DNA of 52,983 nucleotides, the filler included, from Sphacelaria rigidula (Eukaryota): NCBI GenBank assembly GCA_964200075.2. It is 4 parts of 4 records of this genome, joined end to end, with 100 filler letters (N's around TTAATTAATTAA, not from the genome) between each part and the next. Parts side by side here need not be neighbours in the genome. Positions count along the whole stretch, not along the records: positions 13,273 to 26,443 come from CAXNAA020003097.1; positions 26,544 to 39,713 come from CAXNAA020003098.1; 2 more parts are not named here. One strand, given 5' to 3'. Every line of letters starts with the position of its first letter. Within the stretch, counting starts at the first letter, position 1. A model generated the notes under the pieces. The model was not told the origin of the DNA, made no database searches, and was given only the letters and a program-made list of their open reading frames with translations. Positions 23,301-35,249 of this stretch are shown here, one piece after another. A program made the position numbers and the translations under genes.

Positions 23301-26015
23301 CAAACAGAAATACGATGCGTACTGAGTTGGCGTATTTTCAAGCACTGTATGGCACAGCAAGGTCGATCCGCGAGCTTCACATAACTTGCTTGCTGTGGTT
23401 ACTAGCGCATAGCACAGTGTTGTGCGTACATCAAAGCCACAAACAGAACAAGCGGGTGGAAATGTCTGGCAGGGCGGTGTGTGTGTGTGTGTGTGTGTGT
23501 CGGGGGGGGGGGGGGGGGGGGGGGGGTGGTTGTGTGGGCGTGGGGAGGGCGGAGGGGGGGGAGGGGGGAAGGGGAAGGGGGTGATATATTCCATAATGCA
23601 CGGTCAACACCCTACGGGAATAAAGCGTAAGGAAGTGATTTGGTGATCATGCTACTGTAGTTGGTCTCACTGCGGGGTCCATGACGTAATGCTCTCGCCG
23701 AGCGGGTCTGAGAAGCGACATCCCCTGTGCCTTGGAGATCATCCAGGCCGACGCTTCGTTGCCCATTAAAACCCGCATCCAGTCGCCAGACTGCTCGGCC
23801 ACCTCGAATATCGTGCCCGGAGCTGCCGACACTTGCTTCACCTGAATCCAAGAGTAAGGGAAAAGGTATGATGTGGGAAAAGTATATTGGGAACTTGGAA
23901 TCGTGCCAAGAGCCGAGAGGACGGTCACATCGCTCGACGGGAGAAAACAAGTGGAGTAAAGACGGTACCTCTTTCTATTCTTAGATTGAACCTCCACTAA
24001 GGCTACCTCCCAAAAATGATTGCTCTCCCTACAACAACATCCGCAAAAAAAAAAAAGGAAAGACCTTCGACTAGAGCGGTTCCCATCGGCTGTCAGCATG
24101 CGTGTTATCCCAAGAACAAGGGTTCTTGTAGAAAAAATGATGCAGTACGAGATCGGTATCAGTTGCGGACAAAAATGATCTTGACACGATCTCTTGGAGT
24201 CGACACACCGTTGGAAAGTGACCGCTACTTGATGCCCACCTCCGCAGCCCCCGCATCGGGGCCGGCACGGACTCTCAACTGCACCCCCTCCGGCAGCCCG
24301 TCGGAGGGCACCGCCAAAAACGAAGGCTTGACCGTCAGCAGCACATGAGAGTCTGTCGAGGTCAGCATCCACCCCTGAACTGTGGGAGCAGACGGATCGT
24401 CCAGGTCTCGGTAGGCGACGCTGTCGAAAAGGGGAAAAGAGGGAAAAAGGAAGCAGAGAGAAAAAAAAGGGGGGGGGCGGGGGAGGGGCGGGGGGAGGAA
24501 AAAACATGATGAAAAAATGGATGAAATATATTTTTTGTCAAAGAAAAAAAAGACAGAATCTCGTAACTATGGAAAGGCTTTTCGTCGTCTGCAAACATCC
24601 CTTGTGTGACTCCACCTCTTCAATAAGCAGCTTCCACACCCCACCCCACGGTCGCAATACTTGATTGTAGTCGGCATTCGTACCAAGAGAAGGCTTGTAA
24701 AGGCACGCGGTCTCCCTCGCCGACAAGGGGGGTGTACGCGTTGCACTATAAATATTACAAGTATTTCACATCAGGTTTTTCCGTGTGTTCTGTGAACCGG
24801 TCGACAATCTCCGCACAAGAAGGCTGACGTTAGTTCTCAAGTTCGTGAGCAATTCTTGCTGGCCCTACAAACGTTTTGCTCGACAACTATTCCGCGCTAA
24901 TATTTTGCACGTTTCCTTTTTATTCGCCGAGGTAATCGGGGCGGGATCCGAATCCATGGCCTCTCTTCCACTCCGCAGCTAGACTCCAGATGTGTGTGTC
25001 ATCTGTGCGAGAAGAACATTTCGTCGTCTACAGACAACCCTGGCAATTCCACTCTCTATGCCCTCGACTGGATTGCTATCGGAACAGCTTGTTGACGTCC
25101 ACTACGATAATTGATCAATCAATCGATTATCATTCGAGGGAAGCAGCGATCGGCCATTTTCCGGGCTTCAGCTACAATACACGTGGAGTTGCCGACGCGC
25201 AACCGAAGCAGTACCTCGTGTCTTCAAGAGAAGCCTGGCATGACCTAACCTTAACCCTAACCCTGACCTCATCGAAGCATTGTCTCACAACGGCAAGCAT
25301 CACCTGATGTAGTCTCCCTGTACGCCTGTAGCCACCACGATGGAGCCCTTTCCGAAAACTTTACCTGCCTCTGCTGCTCCTGGTTGAGGGCTCGCGCGTA
25401 TTACCAAGCTCACCTGATGAGAAAAGCATATACAATAGTACGCGGGAAAATGTTACGGTACGAATATGCCTGGCCATACGTGCAGTTACGGGACTCAGAC
25501 TAGATCAGAATTTTCTGAGACAGTTTAGCTCCGAATAAGGAATGGATATTATTTTGATTAACTTTGTTGGCGTCAAGAGGGCGAATCACCAAACAAGCTC
25601 ACCTGAGAGAACAAGCATGCAGCAGGTGACCTATATTCCAACACCCAAGTGGAAGAAATACAACTGTATGTCAGGTTTCAACCCTCGTGCATCCAGAGTC
25701 CCACAACACACACGTCTACATTGAAATAAAGATACAGTATACACGAACGAATGGAAACGCATAGAGGGCACAGGGGGAGGGAGGAGGTCCAACTGTATTA
25801 CGGAATTATACGTTGGCTCTTACCGCATCAGGAAGCTCGGAGCCGAATTCATAAAATGCCGGAAACGAGACAGGCACAACGCACGAAGCATCGGCCCACC
25901 CGAGACTCCCGTGCCCCCCCCCGCCGGTATTGTCTGCGTCACCCTCGAGTAGGATGAAGTCAGCATTCTTTTCGATCGCTCGAACCGCAACGCCGCGCTC
26001 CAGGCTACCCACTCG
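14251..26015 (-). CDS. Internal part of a spliced gene for a tandem SH3b-like repeat protein (13 exons, ~790 aa, at least 8 repeats)
   Basis: Exons 26015-25824, 25413-25304, 24420-24240, 23841-23671, 23085-22933, 20684-20515, 20343-20232, 19672-19502, 18616-18386, 17851-17469, 16086-16002, 15388-14943, 14335-14251 splice in one frame with consistent phases; repeat pattern L.[IV]R..[PA].....[IV]G....G..V.V.....W.RV......[GA]W. Confidence 0.85.
14943..15388 (-). CDS. SH3b-repeat gene exon L
   Basis: acaag|TNDKWVRVAYRGREDGWILTANKRGSILLP...AEYMTSL|gtgagc (phase 2). Confidence 0.82.
15826..15865 (+). repeat. Interstitial telomere-like (TTAGGG/TAAGGG/TCAGGG)n tract in an intron
   Basis: GTTAGGGTAAGGGTAAGGGTTAGGGTTAGGGTCAGGGTAA; a similar CCCTAA tract lies at ~25243-25268. 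Confidence 0.75.
16002..16086 (-). CDS. SH3b-repeat gene exon K
   Basis: ttcag|VLKIREEADPFAMEVGVMEKGHLVKVLE|gtgagc. Confidence 0.85.
17469..17851 (-). CDS. SH3b-repeat gene exon J
   Basis: ggaag|TSELWVRVQYRGNDKGWVLTANKRGPIL...GQFMTSA|gtacgg (phase 2). Confidence 0.82.
18386..18616 (-). CDS. SH3b-repeat gene exon I
   Basis: ggcag|EAALQESAKPPP...YMRAAGNLKLREEADSFSIELGTVMAGEVVKVVE|gtgagg. Confidence 0.85.
19502..19672 (-). CDS. SH3b-repeat gene exon H
   Basis: tgcag|DVNEAKQTKDTWVKGQL...VEGWLLAATTKRGAMM...AAQ|gtcgcg. Confidence 0.8.
20232..20343 (-). CDS. SH3b-repeat gene exon G
   Basis: gccag|YMICARRVTVRADPEFYAQDIGVAPEGSVVRVLEQKE|gtgaca. Confidence 0.82.
20515..20684 (-). CDS. SH3b-repeat gene exon F
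   Basis: attag|EAWMLSETPTMMKLLVPV...STRDAY|gttagt (phase 2). Confidence 0.8.
20950..21620. mobile_element. Copy of a dispersed non-coding repeat family (putative non-autonomous DNA element)
   Basis: Shares blocks such as GGATTTAAGCTCTC, GGGCCGTGATCCGCA, TTTGGTGTGGAC and CGATCGATACCC with ~31030-31320, ~33560-34010 (reverse), ~40810-41340 and ~49080-49975 (reverse). Confidence 0.65.
21846..22110. repeat. Near-perfect inverted repeat (~85-bp arms, ~95-bp spacer)
   Basis: TTGGAGTTGGAAAGTAAAATTTGGTATGGACAATCAACAGGGCATGAA...GCTGTCTGTGAGGTCC and its reverse complement at ~22024-22110. Confidence 0.85.
22933..23085 (-). CDS. SH3b-repeat gene exon E (GC donor)
   Basis: cccag|LIAQHGDAVKLAVRACPEASGESLGEIG...GPWLRVLYQGYK|gcgagt. 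Confidence 0.8.
23671..23841 (-). CDS. SH3b-repeat gene exon D
   Basis: ttcag|VKQVSAAPGTIFEVAEQSGDWMRVLMGNEASAWMIS...HYVMDPA|gtgaga. Confidence 0.85.
24240..24420 (-). CDS. SH3b-repeat gene exon C
   Basis: gacag|VAYRDLDDPSAPTVQGWMLTS...VQLRVRAGPDAGAAE|gtgggc. Confidence 0.8.
25304..25413 (-). CDS. SH3b-repeat gene exon B
   Basis: atcag|VSLVIRASPQPGAAEAGKVFGKGSIVVATGVQGDYI|gtgatg (phase 2). Confidence 0.8.
25824..26015 (-). CDS. SH3b-repeat gene exon A
   Basis: tgcag|RVGSLERGVAVRAIEKNADFILL...GWADASCV...ELPDA|gtaaga. Confidence 0.8.
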
Positions 26016-26267
26016 CTGCAGCAACAAAGGAATAGTTGATAGCACATTTGGGGGAGGGACGTGGGGTGGGTAGGGTGTTCGATATTGCAGGCGTCGACTG
26101 GCATCATGGTAATCATTGTGCACATGCTAGGATGTGTTGACAATTTCCCCTTGAAATGCAAGGTCGCATTGCCGAGAGATAGTTAACTCGCCCACACTCG
26201 GTTACAGTACGTCATTGAGTGTTGAGAACATATAAACCTATATTTGTCATTTTTTCAACATTCACCC

Positions 26268-26410
26268 CCCCATTGCTCCCTCTCGAAAGGGATGCGTGGG
26301 CAATGGTCAAACAACTAAGGCAAGCAACAAATCAATACCCCCCCACCCCCATTGCTCCGTCTCGAAGGGACGCATGGTCAATGGTCAAACGACTAAGGCA
26401 AGCAAAAAAC
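26268..26410. repeat. Two imperfect ~79-bp tandem repeats at the contig end
   Basis: CCCCATTGCTCC.TCTCGAA.GGGA.GC.TGG.CAATGGTCAAAC.ACTAAGGCAAGCAA x2. Confidence 0.8.
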
Positions 26411-26443
26411 GACGCCCCCCCCCCCCCCCCCCCCCACCCCCTC

Positions 26444-26543
26444 NNNNNNNNNNNNNNNNNNNNNNNNNNNNNNNNNNNNNNNNNNNNTTAATTAATTAAN
26501 NNNNNNNNNNNNNNNNNNNNNNNNNNNNNNNNNNNNNNNNNNN
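26444..26543. other. Artificial contig linker
   Basis: N44-TTAATTAATTAA-N44. Confidence 0.97.
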
Positions 26544-29500
26544 AACACCCTCCTACACAGCATTCCCTAAACCCCCCCACGCACACACGCCTCGACGCGT
26601 GTGCTCTCGACCCTCGGACAACGTTCGTGAGGCGTCGTCTACCCCGCGCCGGAGCACGGGGCACACCACACGGTGCTTAGAGGCGGACGACATAGGATCG
26701 TAGCGAGGCCATCGACACACTTCACACCTACCAGCACGAACGCTGCACGTCGTGTGTTTTTGCACACGGTTTGCGGGTACGAAAAGCCAGAGACACCAAC
26801 TCGCATCGATGTACTGACGGCGCTCGAGAGAAACAGCTACCACAGATGCAATCAGATATACAGTACACTCATAAGCGAAGACAGAACACCCCCCCACGCA
26901 GCCTAGCAACGCTCCTCTAAGCACGCATACCCCTGCAATACACTTGAATACCCACAAAAAAGCACCCTCCCACTCTCCCCCACGCACACACGCCTCGACG
27001 CGTGTGCTCTCGACCCTCGGACAACGCTCGTGAGGCGTCGTCTACCCCGCGCCGGAGCACGGGGCACACCACACGGTGCTTAGAGGCGGACGACATAGGA
27101 TCGTAGCAAGGCCATCAGCACACTACACACCTACCAGCACGAACGCTGCACGTCGTGTGTTTTTGCACACGGTTTTCGGGTACTGAAAAGCCAGAGACAC
27201 CGACTCGCATCGATGTACCGACGGCGCTCGAGAGAAACAGCTACCACAGATACAATCAGATATACAGTACACTCAAAAGCAAAGAGAAAACACCCTCCCA
27301 CACAGCCTAGCAACGCTTCCCTAAGCACGCATACCCCTGCAATACACTTGAATACCCACAAAAAGCACCCTCCCACTCTCCCCCACGCACACACGCCTCG
27401 ACGCGTGTGCTCTCGACCCTCGGACAACGCTCGTGAGGCGTCGTCTACCCCGCGCCGGAGCACGGGGCACACCACACGGTGCTCAGAGGCGGACGACATA
27501 GGATCGTAGCAAGGCCATCAACACACTGCACACCTACCAGCACGAACGCTGCACGTCGTGTGTTTTTGTACACGGTTTGCGGGTACTGAAAAGCCAGAGA
27601 AACCGACTCGCATCGATGTGCCCACGGCGCTTGAGAAAAACAGCTACCACCGATACAATCAAGTCTACAGTACACCAAAAAGCAAAGACAGAACACCCTC
27701 CCACACAGCCTCCCAACACTCCCCCAAGCACGCATACCCCTGCAATACACTTGAATACCCACAAAAAGCACCACCACACACAGCATTCCCAACACCCCCC
27801 CACGCACACACGCCTCGACGCGTGTGCTCTCGACCCTCGGACAACGTTCGTGAGGCGTCGTCTACCCCGCACCGGTGCACGGGGCACACTACACGGTGCT
27901 CAGAGGCGGACGACATCGGATCGTAGCGAGGCCATCAGCACACTACACACCTACCAGCACGAACGCTGCACGTCGTGTGTGTTTGCACACGGTTTGCGGA
28001 TACTGAAAAGCCCGAGACACCGACTCGCATGGATGTGCCCACGGCGCTTGAGAGAAACAGATACCACAGATACAATCAAGTCTACAGTACACCGGAGACC
28101 CAAGACGAAACACCCTCCCACACAGCCCAACAACACTCCCCCAAGCACGCATACCCCTGCAATACACTTGAATACCCACAGAAAGCACCACCACACACAG
28201 CACTCCCAACACCCCCCCACGCACACACGCCTCGACGCGTGTGCTCTCGACCCTCGGACAACGTTCGTGAGGCGTCGTCTACCCCGCACCGGTGCACGGG
28301 GCACACTACACGGTGCTTAAAGGCGGACGACATAGGATCGTAGCGAGGCCATCAACACACTGCACACCTACCAGCACGAACGCTGCACGTCGTGTGTGTT
28401 TGCACACGGTTTGCGGGTACTGAAAAGCCAGAGACACCGACTCGCATCGATGTGCCCACGGCGCTTGAGAGAAACAGATAAACACCGATACAATCAAGTC
28501 TACAGTACACCGGAGACCCGAGACGAAACACCCTCCCACACAGCCCAACAACACTCCCCCAAGCACGCATACCCCTGCAATACACTTGAATACCCACAAA
28601 AAACACCGCCACACAGCACTCCCAACACCCCCCCACGCACACTCGCCTCGACGCGTGTGCTCTCGACCCTCGGACAACGTTCGTGGGCCGTCGTCTACCC
28701 CGCACCGGTGCACGGGGCACACAACACGGTGCCCAGAGGCGGGCGACATAGGATCGTAGCAAGGCCATCAACACACTGCACACCTACCAGCACGAACGCT
28801 GCACGTCGTGTGTGTTTGCACACGGTTTGCGGATACGAAGAGCCAGAGACACCGACTCGCATCGATGTGCCCACGGCGCTTGAGAAAAACAGCTAACACC
28901 GATATAGCAAAGCCTACAGTACACCAAAAAGCAAAGACAAAACACCCTCCCACTCCCCTAAGCACGCATACCCCTGCAGTACACTTGAATACCCACAAGA
29001 AGCACCCCCACACACAGCGCTCCAACACCCCCCCACGCACACACGCCTCGACGCGTGTGCTCTCGACCCTCGGACAACGTTCGTGAGGCGTCGTCTACCC
29101 CGCGCCGGAATACGGGGCACACCACACGGTGCTTAGAGGCGGACGACATGGGATCGTAGCGAGGCCATCAACACACTGCACACCTACCAGCACGAACGCT
29201 GCACGTCGTGTGTTTTTGCACACGGTTTGCGGGTACGGAAAGCCCGAGACACCGACTCGCATGGATGTGCCCACGGCGCTTGAGAGAAACAGATAACACC
29301 GATACAATCAAGTCTACAGTACACCAAAAAGCAAAGACAAAACACTATCCCAACACTCCCCCAAGCACGCATACCCCTGCAATACACTTGAATACCCACA
29401 AAAAACACCCTCCTACACAGCACTCCCAACACCCCCCCACGCACATACGCCTCCACGCGTGTGCTCTCGACCCTCGGACAACGTTCGTGAGGCGTCGTCT

Positions 29501-30570
29501 ACCCCGCGCCGGAGTACGGGGCACACAAGAAGGTGCCCAGAGGCGGACGACATAGGATCGTGGCGAGGCCATCGACACACTGCACACCTACCAGCACGAA
29601 CGCTGCACGTCGTGTGTTTTTGCACACGGTTTGCGGGTACGAAAGCCAGAGAAACCGACTCGCATGGATGTGCCCACGGCGCTTGAGAGAAACAGATAAC
29701 ACCGATACAATCAAGTCTACAGTACACCGGAGACCCAAGACTAAACACCCTCCCACACAGCCTCCCAACACTCCCCTAAGCACACATACCCCTGCGACAC
29801 ACTTGAATACCCAAAAAAAACACCCTCCTACACAGCATTCCCTAAACCCCCCCACGCACACACGCCTCGACGCGTGTGCTCTCGACCCTCGGACAACGTT
29901 CGTGAGGCGTCGTCTATCCCGCACCGGTGAACGGGGCACACCACACGGTGCTTAGAGGCGGACGACATAGGATCGTAGCGAGGCCATCAACACACTGCAC
30001 ACCTACCAGCACGAACGCTGCACGTCGTGTGTTTTTGCACACGGTTTGCGGGTACGAAACGACAGAGACACCGACTCGCATCGATGTACTGACGGCGCTC
30101 GAGAGAAACAGCTACCACAGATACAATCAGATATACAGTACACCCGAGAACCAAGACAAAACACCCTCCCACTCCCCTAAGCACGCATGCCCCTAAAGTA
30201 CACTTCAAAACCCACAAAATGCACCCCCACACACAGCGCTCCCAACACCCCCCCACGCACACACGCCTCGACGCGTGTGCTCTCGACCCTCGGACAACGT
30301 TCGTGAGGCGTCGTCTACCCCGCGCCGGAGCACGGGGCACACCACACGGTGCTTAGAGGCGAACGGCAGAGGATCGTAGCGAGGCCATCAACACATTGCA
30401 CACCTACCAGCACGAACGCTGCACGTCGTGTGTTTTTGCACACGGTTTGCGGGTACTGAAAAGTCAGGGACACCGACTCGCAACGATGTACCGACGGAGC
30501 TTGAGAAAAACATCTACCCACGGATACACTGAAAACTACGATACACTCGAAAGCTCTCACGCACACATGC
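26544..30570. repeat. Tandem satellite, ~10 units of 400-417 bp
   Basis: Anchor CCTACCAGCACGAACGCTGCACGTCG at 26727, 27130, 27533, 27950, 28367, 28783, 29183, 29587, 30002 and 30403; the array runs off the contig start. Confidence 0.97.
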
Positions 30571-31379
30571 CCCGGCGTACATGCACACTTGGTCCTCCCC
30601 TGACGTCAATGCTCAAGAGGCTGCCATGGAAAACGCCACTTTGGCATAATACAGCGCATACTAAGCAGCAAAGAATATGCCGTCCCTCGACAATGAGGAG
30701 AAGCCTGGCGGATCTTGAATATATCTCACAGCGCCTCAATCCATCGCGTGAAAATGTTGGCATGAGTCGTTGCTAGCGCCTGAGTGCAAATGGAGCGAAA
30801 GGGTGGGATGCGATAGATGAACGGAAGGGGCAACGACGAGTGACGCTTGTTATGCCAATGCGCAATGCCGTCGCGCAAGGCAACCTGTGCATCGTCCACT
30901 TGCTATGTAGTACACAGGCTCGCGCTCCTCTGCTCTTGTGAGGGAGACTGCCCCGCGACCCTCTGGGTTTTCATCGCCAGTTTGGCCAGCCTTGGAACAA
31001 ATGCAAATTTTCATACCCGCATCTCATCGGCGCAAACGAATCGGGCTGTGATGCGCACATCTTACTCATCATTTAATCAAAGGGCGAATGCCCATTTGCT
31101 CATCCTCAGTCGATTTTTTCTCGTTGATTCAACACAACTTCCCTTGGAGCACGGGAAAACGATCGATACCCCCACCCTCATCAAATTCGTTAACTGCCCA
31201 GATACACGGCTCATTTAATACCCCATGAACTCAATATCGTACTAGCAGAGACACTGCGTGCGCTGAACTTGGATTTCGCGTCTCAGTTTCAAGAGCTGTG
31301 CCCTGATTTCTCATGGAGCTAAGTAAAAACTAAACGTTTGGTTCTCGATTTTTCTTCTTCGTGAGCTAAGGGATATAAG

Positions 31380-32627
31380 CCGGTCGCCCCGGTGGCGCAG
31401 TTGGTATCCTCGAAACGTTTTGACGGTTGGATCGTGGTTTCAAATGTCGGAGCGATCTGAGATTTTTCCTCACGCCATGCCCAACAGTGGAGAGCGGTCG
31501 TGTCGTGGGGACACAAATTCGACTCAACCCTTAGACGACGAGCGTCGCCTCGGAACAGTTGTACAGGCTGAAAGTTTCGAAACATCGGGGGGTTCCACGG
31601 CTCGGGAGGGGGTAGTTCCTGAGAGGGGGGGTGTCTCTCCGCGAAGCATCGGAGAAGCTCACAGAGTCAATCATGTGTGTTTGGGAGTTTCTCGCGGAAA
31701 ATTATGAGCCGTGCACGAGGCCCGAGTGGCACGGGATGACCATTCTGACCAATCGCGGTCGTCAAAGTGAGCACTTTTATTGCGGTAGAGGTAGACAGCT
31801 GGTAGACACATTCGCCGTCTCTACTCAAATCTCATTTTGATCATGCCAAATCAACCATGAATCAAATCATCAAAAAGCAGGTGTTTGAGCATCTTCGGTA
31901 CACTGTGTCTGTTCAGTACTGCCTACTAGCTCCACACATCCATCTAGTGAAAAACGCCATGGTGCAACACGCGAGCGGCGGCCACGAGTATTCTACACAC
32001 GTAGATGTAGACAAGTACTTCAAAGGGGAGGCGACCGCCATCGGCGAGCAATTGCTCTACGGTAGTCAGGGACGTTCGCGGCGGTAGTCATGGTGTGATA
32101 TTCAAACGCACGCTGCGTACACTCGGCATGTTCAACATTGTAGGATCCAGTACGCTGCAAACCGCACATGCAGTCGCGGCACGAGACACTACAGACTGCA
32201 CAGCAAAAATATGAGGCGTAATAATCAGGTGGGCGACAACCACACCACCGTCTGTGTGATGACTCTCACAACTACGTGCCTCTTATGCACTCCCGGTCCA
32301 TTCCGCTGTAGAGTAGGCGTTTTGATTGGTGACAAAGGAATGATTCTGAAACCAAAAAGTGGAGTGTATACCTCAGTCTACCAGCGGGGGGATCGCCTTC
32401 CAAGCGTTAACGGTCAACGAAGAAAAGGGACTGCTGAACCCCTCCCGCGACAAAAAAAAAGGCAAGCGCCGCAGAAGGGAGGTGGGGTGCTAAAAACAAA
32501 CACACAAAAAAAACAACTCCTGGGTTGACCTCCCTCCTGTGTGACCCCGGCTGGTGCGCCCACGTACACGGAAAGGTGTAGACCGGCGTCCACAATAGAT
32601 GGGACGACAACACACACACAACACACA
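31380..32627 (+). mobile_element. tRNA-derived SINE split by an insertion (SINE parts 31380-31527 and 32407-32627)
   Basis: Head GTCGCCCCGGTGGCGCAGTTGG (box A); the two halves join at TTAA and align with the intact copies at 38270 and 46086. Confidence 0.8.
31528..32406. mobile_element. piggyBac-type non-autonomous element (MITE)
   Basis: Flanked by TCAA and TTAA; ends CCCTTAGACGACGA and (reverse complement) CGCTTGGAAGGCGA; homologous to 44479-45225. Confidence 0.7.
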
Positions 32628-33559
32628 GGGCATGTGTTGTGACAGATGGTTACTGTTTTTTGTTTTCCTTTCGTCGCACAGAAAACCTCAATTTATCGGC
32701 CCAGTTTTTAGAGTTTTGCTCTGAAATTCGGTATGGAGAATCGCAAGGGTATTGCAATACACCAGTAACACTGTCGTGTGCTTCTGCTACACCTCGATAT
32801 CCTAGCGGCGCACCAGCTCGAGGGGCTTGCTGTATAACCCCGGTAATGATTTGCGATGTATAGATAGCGTTGAGCATGCCTTGATCGAGCAGCGTCCCGC
32901 TCATGAGAAACCGAAAATCAGGATCAGCCTGAGTTTCTCATCTGATACAAGGGTACACTGCATTGGGCTTTAGTGTAGCGGTCGTCGCTAAGGCTGAACA
33001 CCGTCTCATTTGGTAGGAAATCTCAGCCTGATGTTCTCACAACGTCAGTTCTCATGAGCGGGCCAGTACTGTAGAGTGCTGAATTCAGTAAACAACAAAT
33101 CTGGGCCCGCCTATCAATAGCAGCAGATCTGTAGCTTACAGACCCATTTCTCGAGTCGATTTTGAGAGCTGGTATGAAGAATGAACAGGGCATAATGAAC
33201 ACAGTTAACTGGGACGAGGAGATTTTTGGTATGACTTGAGGCAAAGATCATGATCCAATTTTCCGTAAAGTGTCAGTGAGTCATTTATAAATAATATGTC
33301 TTCGTCTCCGTTGATTTTGCCCGTAGTATGCTCTGTCCATTTTGCATACCAAATTTGAAAGCCCAGCTCTCGAAAATTGAGGTGAGAGTGGGCGATTCAG
33401 AACACGGGCCCGGTTTTGGTTCTTATGCTGTGAAATTCGGTGTGGGGAATCGCTAGGGAATAACGAAAGAAACTTGAGATACGCTGTTTATTTCTTTTCA
33501 TGAGTTCAGGACGTTTTAGCATAGTGAAGACCATTTTCTGACGAGAACGTTCTTAACTA

Positions 33560-34010
33560 ATCAGTAAGAAAAAAAATGGAGGCCCTTCTTTTTGCTTCCA
33601 GTATGTCCCTGCGATTCTCCAAACTCAATTTCAATAACTTTTCTAAAAATGGGCTGAGGAACTCAGATGGGGGCCAGAAGCAATGTCCATTGTCCACTAA
33701 AATGCCCCTGAGACATATCTTTAGATGCGTGACGAATTCGGTAAAAGTCAGGGTATCGATCGTTCCCTCGTGCTCCGGCGAATGTCCACACCAAAAATCG
33801 TCATCACCGGTTACATATATTGCTCGGGGTTTCACACAGAGTTCAGTTTGGATCGCGTCCCCGTACGGTATAGGAATTACTCCACATGGTCTTTGACCAG
33901 CGAGAAAAAAATGGCCCCTTCCTTTGGGGAGATGGGCATCTTGCCCTCTGGGAGATGATTAGTATGATATGCGGATCGCGGTCCAATTCGTCTGTGTCGA
34001 CGAGACACGA
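33560..34010. mobile_element. Copy of the dispersed repeat family (reverse orientation relative to 20950-21620)
   Basis: GGGTATCGATCGTT...GTCCACACCAAAAATCGTCATCA...TGCGGATCGCGGTCCAATTCGT. Confidence 0.6.
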
Positions 34011-35249
34011 CCTGGGCCGGCCACCATATAGTGTTGCGCCAAAACAGAAAATACATTTTTTTCAGAAAAAAATTTGACCGTTTTTCTCCCTTGTGCGCAC
34101 TGCTGCAACGCGCAACACCAGAGATAGTGATGTGGAACTGTTGACTGTGGTTCTCATGACATAGGACCGAAGTTACAGCACCTTTCACCGTCTACAGCGC
34201 GCGGAAGGCCGTGCGCCATGAACTGCAATATGCCGATCGGTACAATACCGACGGTCGTGATCCAGAAAGGGTCACCGGTGTCAGTTTGCTACAATATCGG
34301 CCGCCCAGCCGCTCAAGATGTCGAAGTTAGTGGACGTGCGCGTGCATATATGCATCCATCTCTAGTGTACGAAGTCTGGACTGCGGGATAGCCGCTCTGA
34401 GGGTGCATCGACGGCACTCCCCGAAATTGCTTGTGGCCATCTCAGTACTTTGTGCGGGGCCCGATCGTGCGGGCGCTTGGCGCACATGGCGCCTGTGTTG
34501 TGTCCAAGTTTCACGAGGGAACGCGAAGTCGCAGGCAAGCAACCCACAACGGAAGTTGCTCTGAAAATTGGGAGTTCACCGCAGGGCAGTATCCAAATGA
34601 ACACGATATTCGGCTACGCCCTGGTTACGCCGCATATCAGATCCGGTTACGCAGTATTACGGTACTGTCAAATGCAGTACAGACAGTACAGACAGTACAT
34701 TGCATCACAATTATACTGAACTTTGTCATGGTCGAGACTTAGTGTTCAAATTTGAAAGCCACCAGCTGCGCCGCCAGGCATGGATGCAAACGATCATGCT
34801 GTTCCCATTCGTGCTGAAAGCAATTGATATGCTTCTTTTTCGGACGGATTGCACTGTCCACATGCTACACCTTGGGCGTGGTGACGGATGAGAACTCGAA
34901 CCATGGCCGCCAACTATCGGCGAACCATGGGGCCCGCAAGGCACCCGTACCGAGCAACACCGTCGAACCACCGGACGCGGGACATAGCAACATTTTCAGC
35001 CTGCAACTTGCGCCGACGATTCAGCCTGTAACATAGCTTTTCAGATATGCCGCGTGTTGGGCCGTACGTCCTTCTCAAGGAGCTCCTGGCTCGTGTGGAT
35101 TGGCCCTACTTTGGGGATCCTCTAAACTGATGATTTTTGCGATGATTTTAGAACTCGACAAACGGCACACATTTGACTTTATTTTATTTTGGCGCAACAC
35201 TGCATACATTTTTCGGAACATAGGTGACGCGGGGCTAGGGTCGCTTCCG

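Noticed and set aside
26544-30570. ORFs up to 247 aa and a CRISPR-like periodic appearance in the tandem array
   Set aside because: Whole ~400-bp units repeat with no unique spacers; ORFs occur in many frames and break between units; no cas genes; eukaryotic context
31380-31455. tRNA gene (also at 38270 and 46086)
   Set aside because: No intact cloverleaf or acceptor pairing, and the head is followed by a shared ~280-bp body, so it is a SINE head
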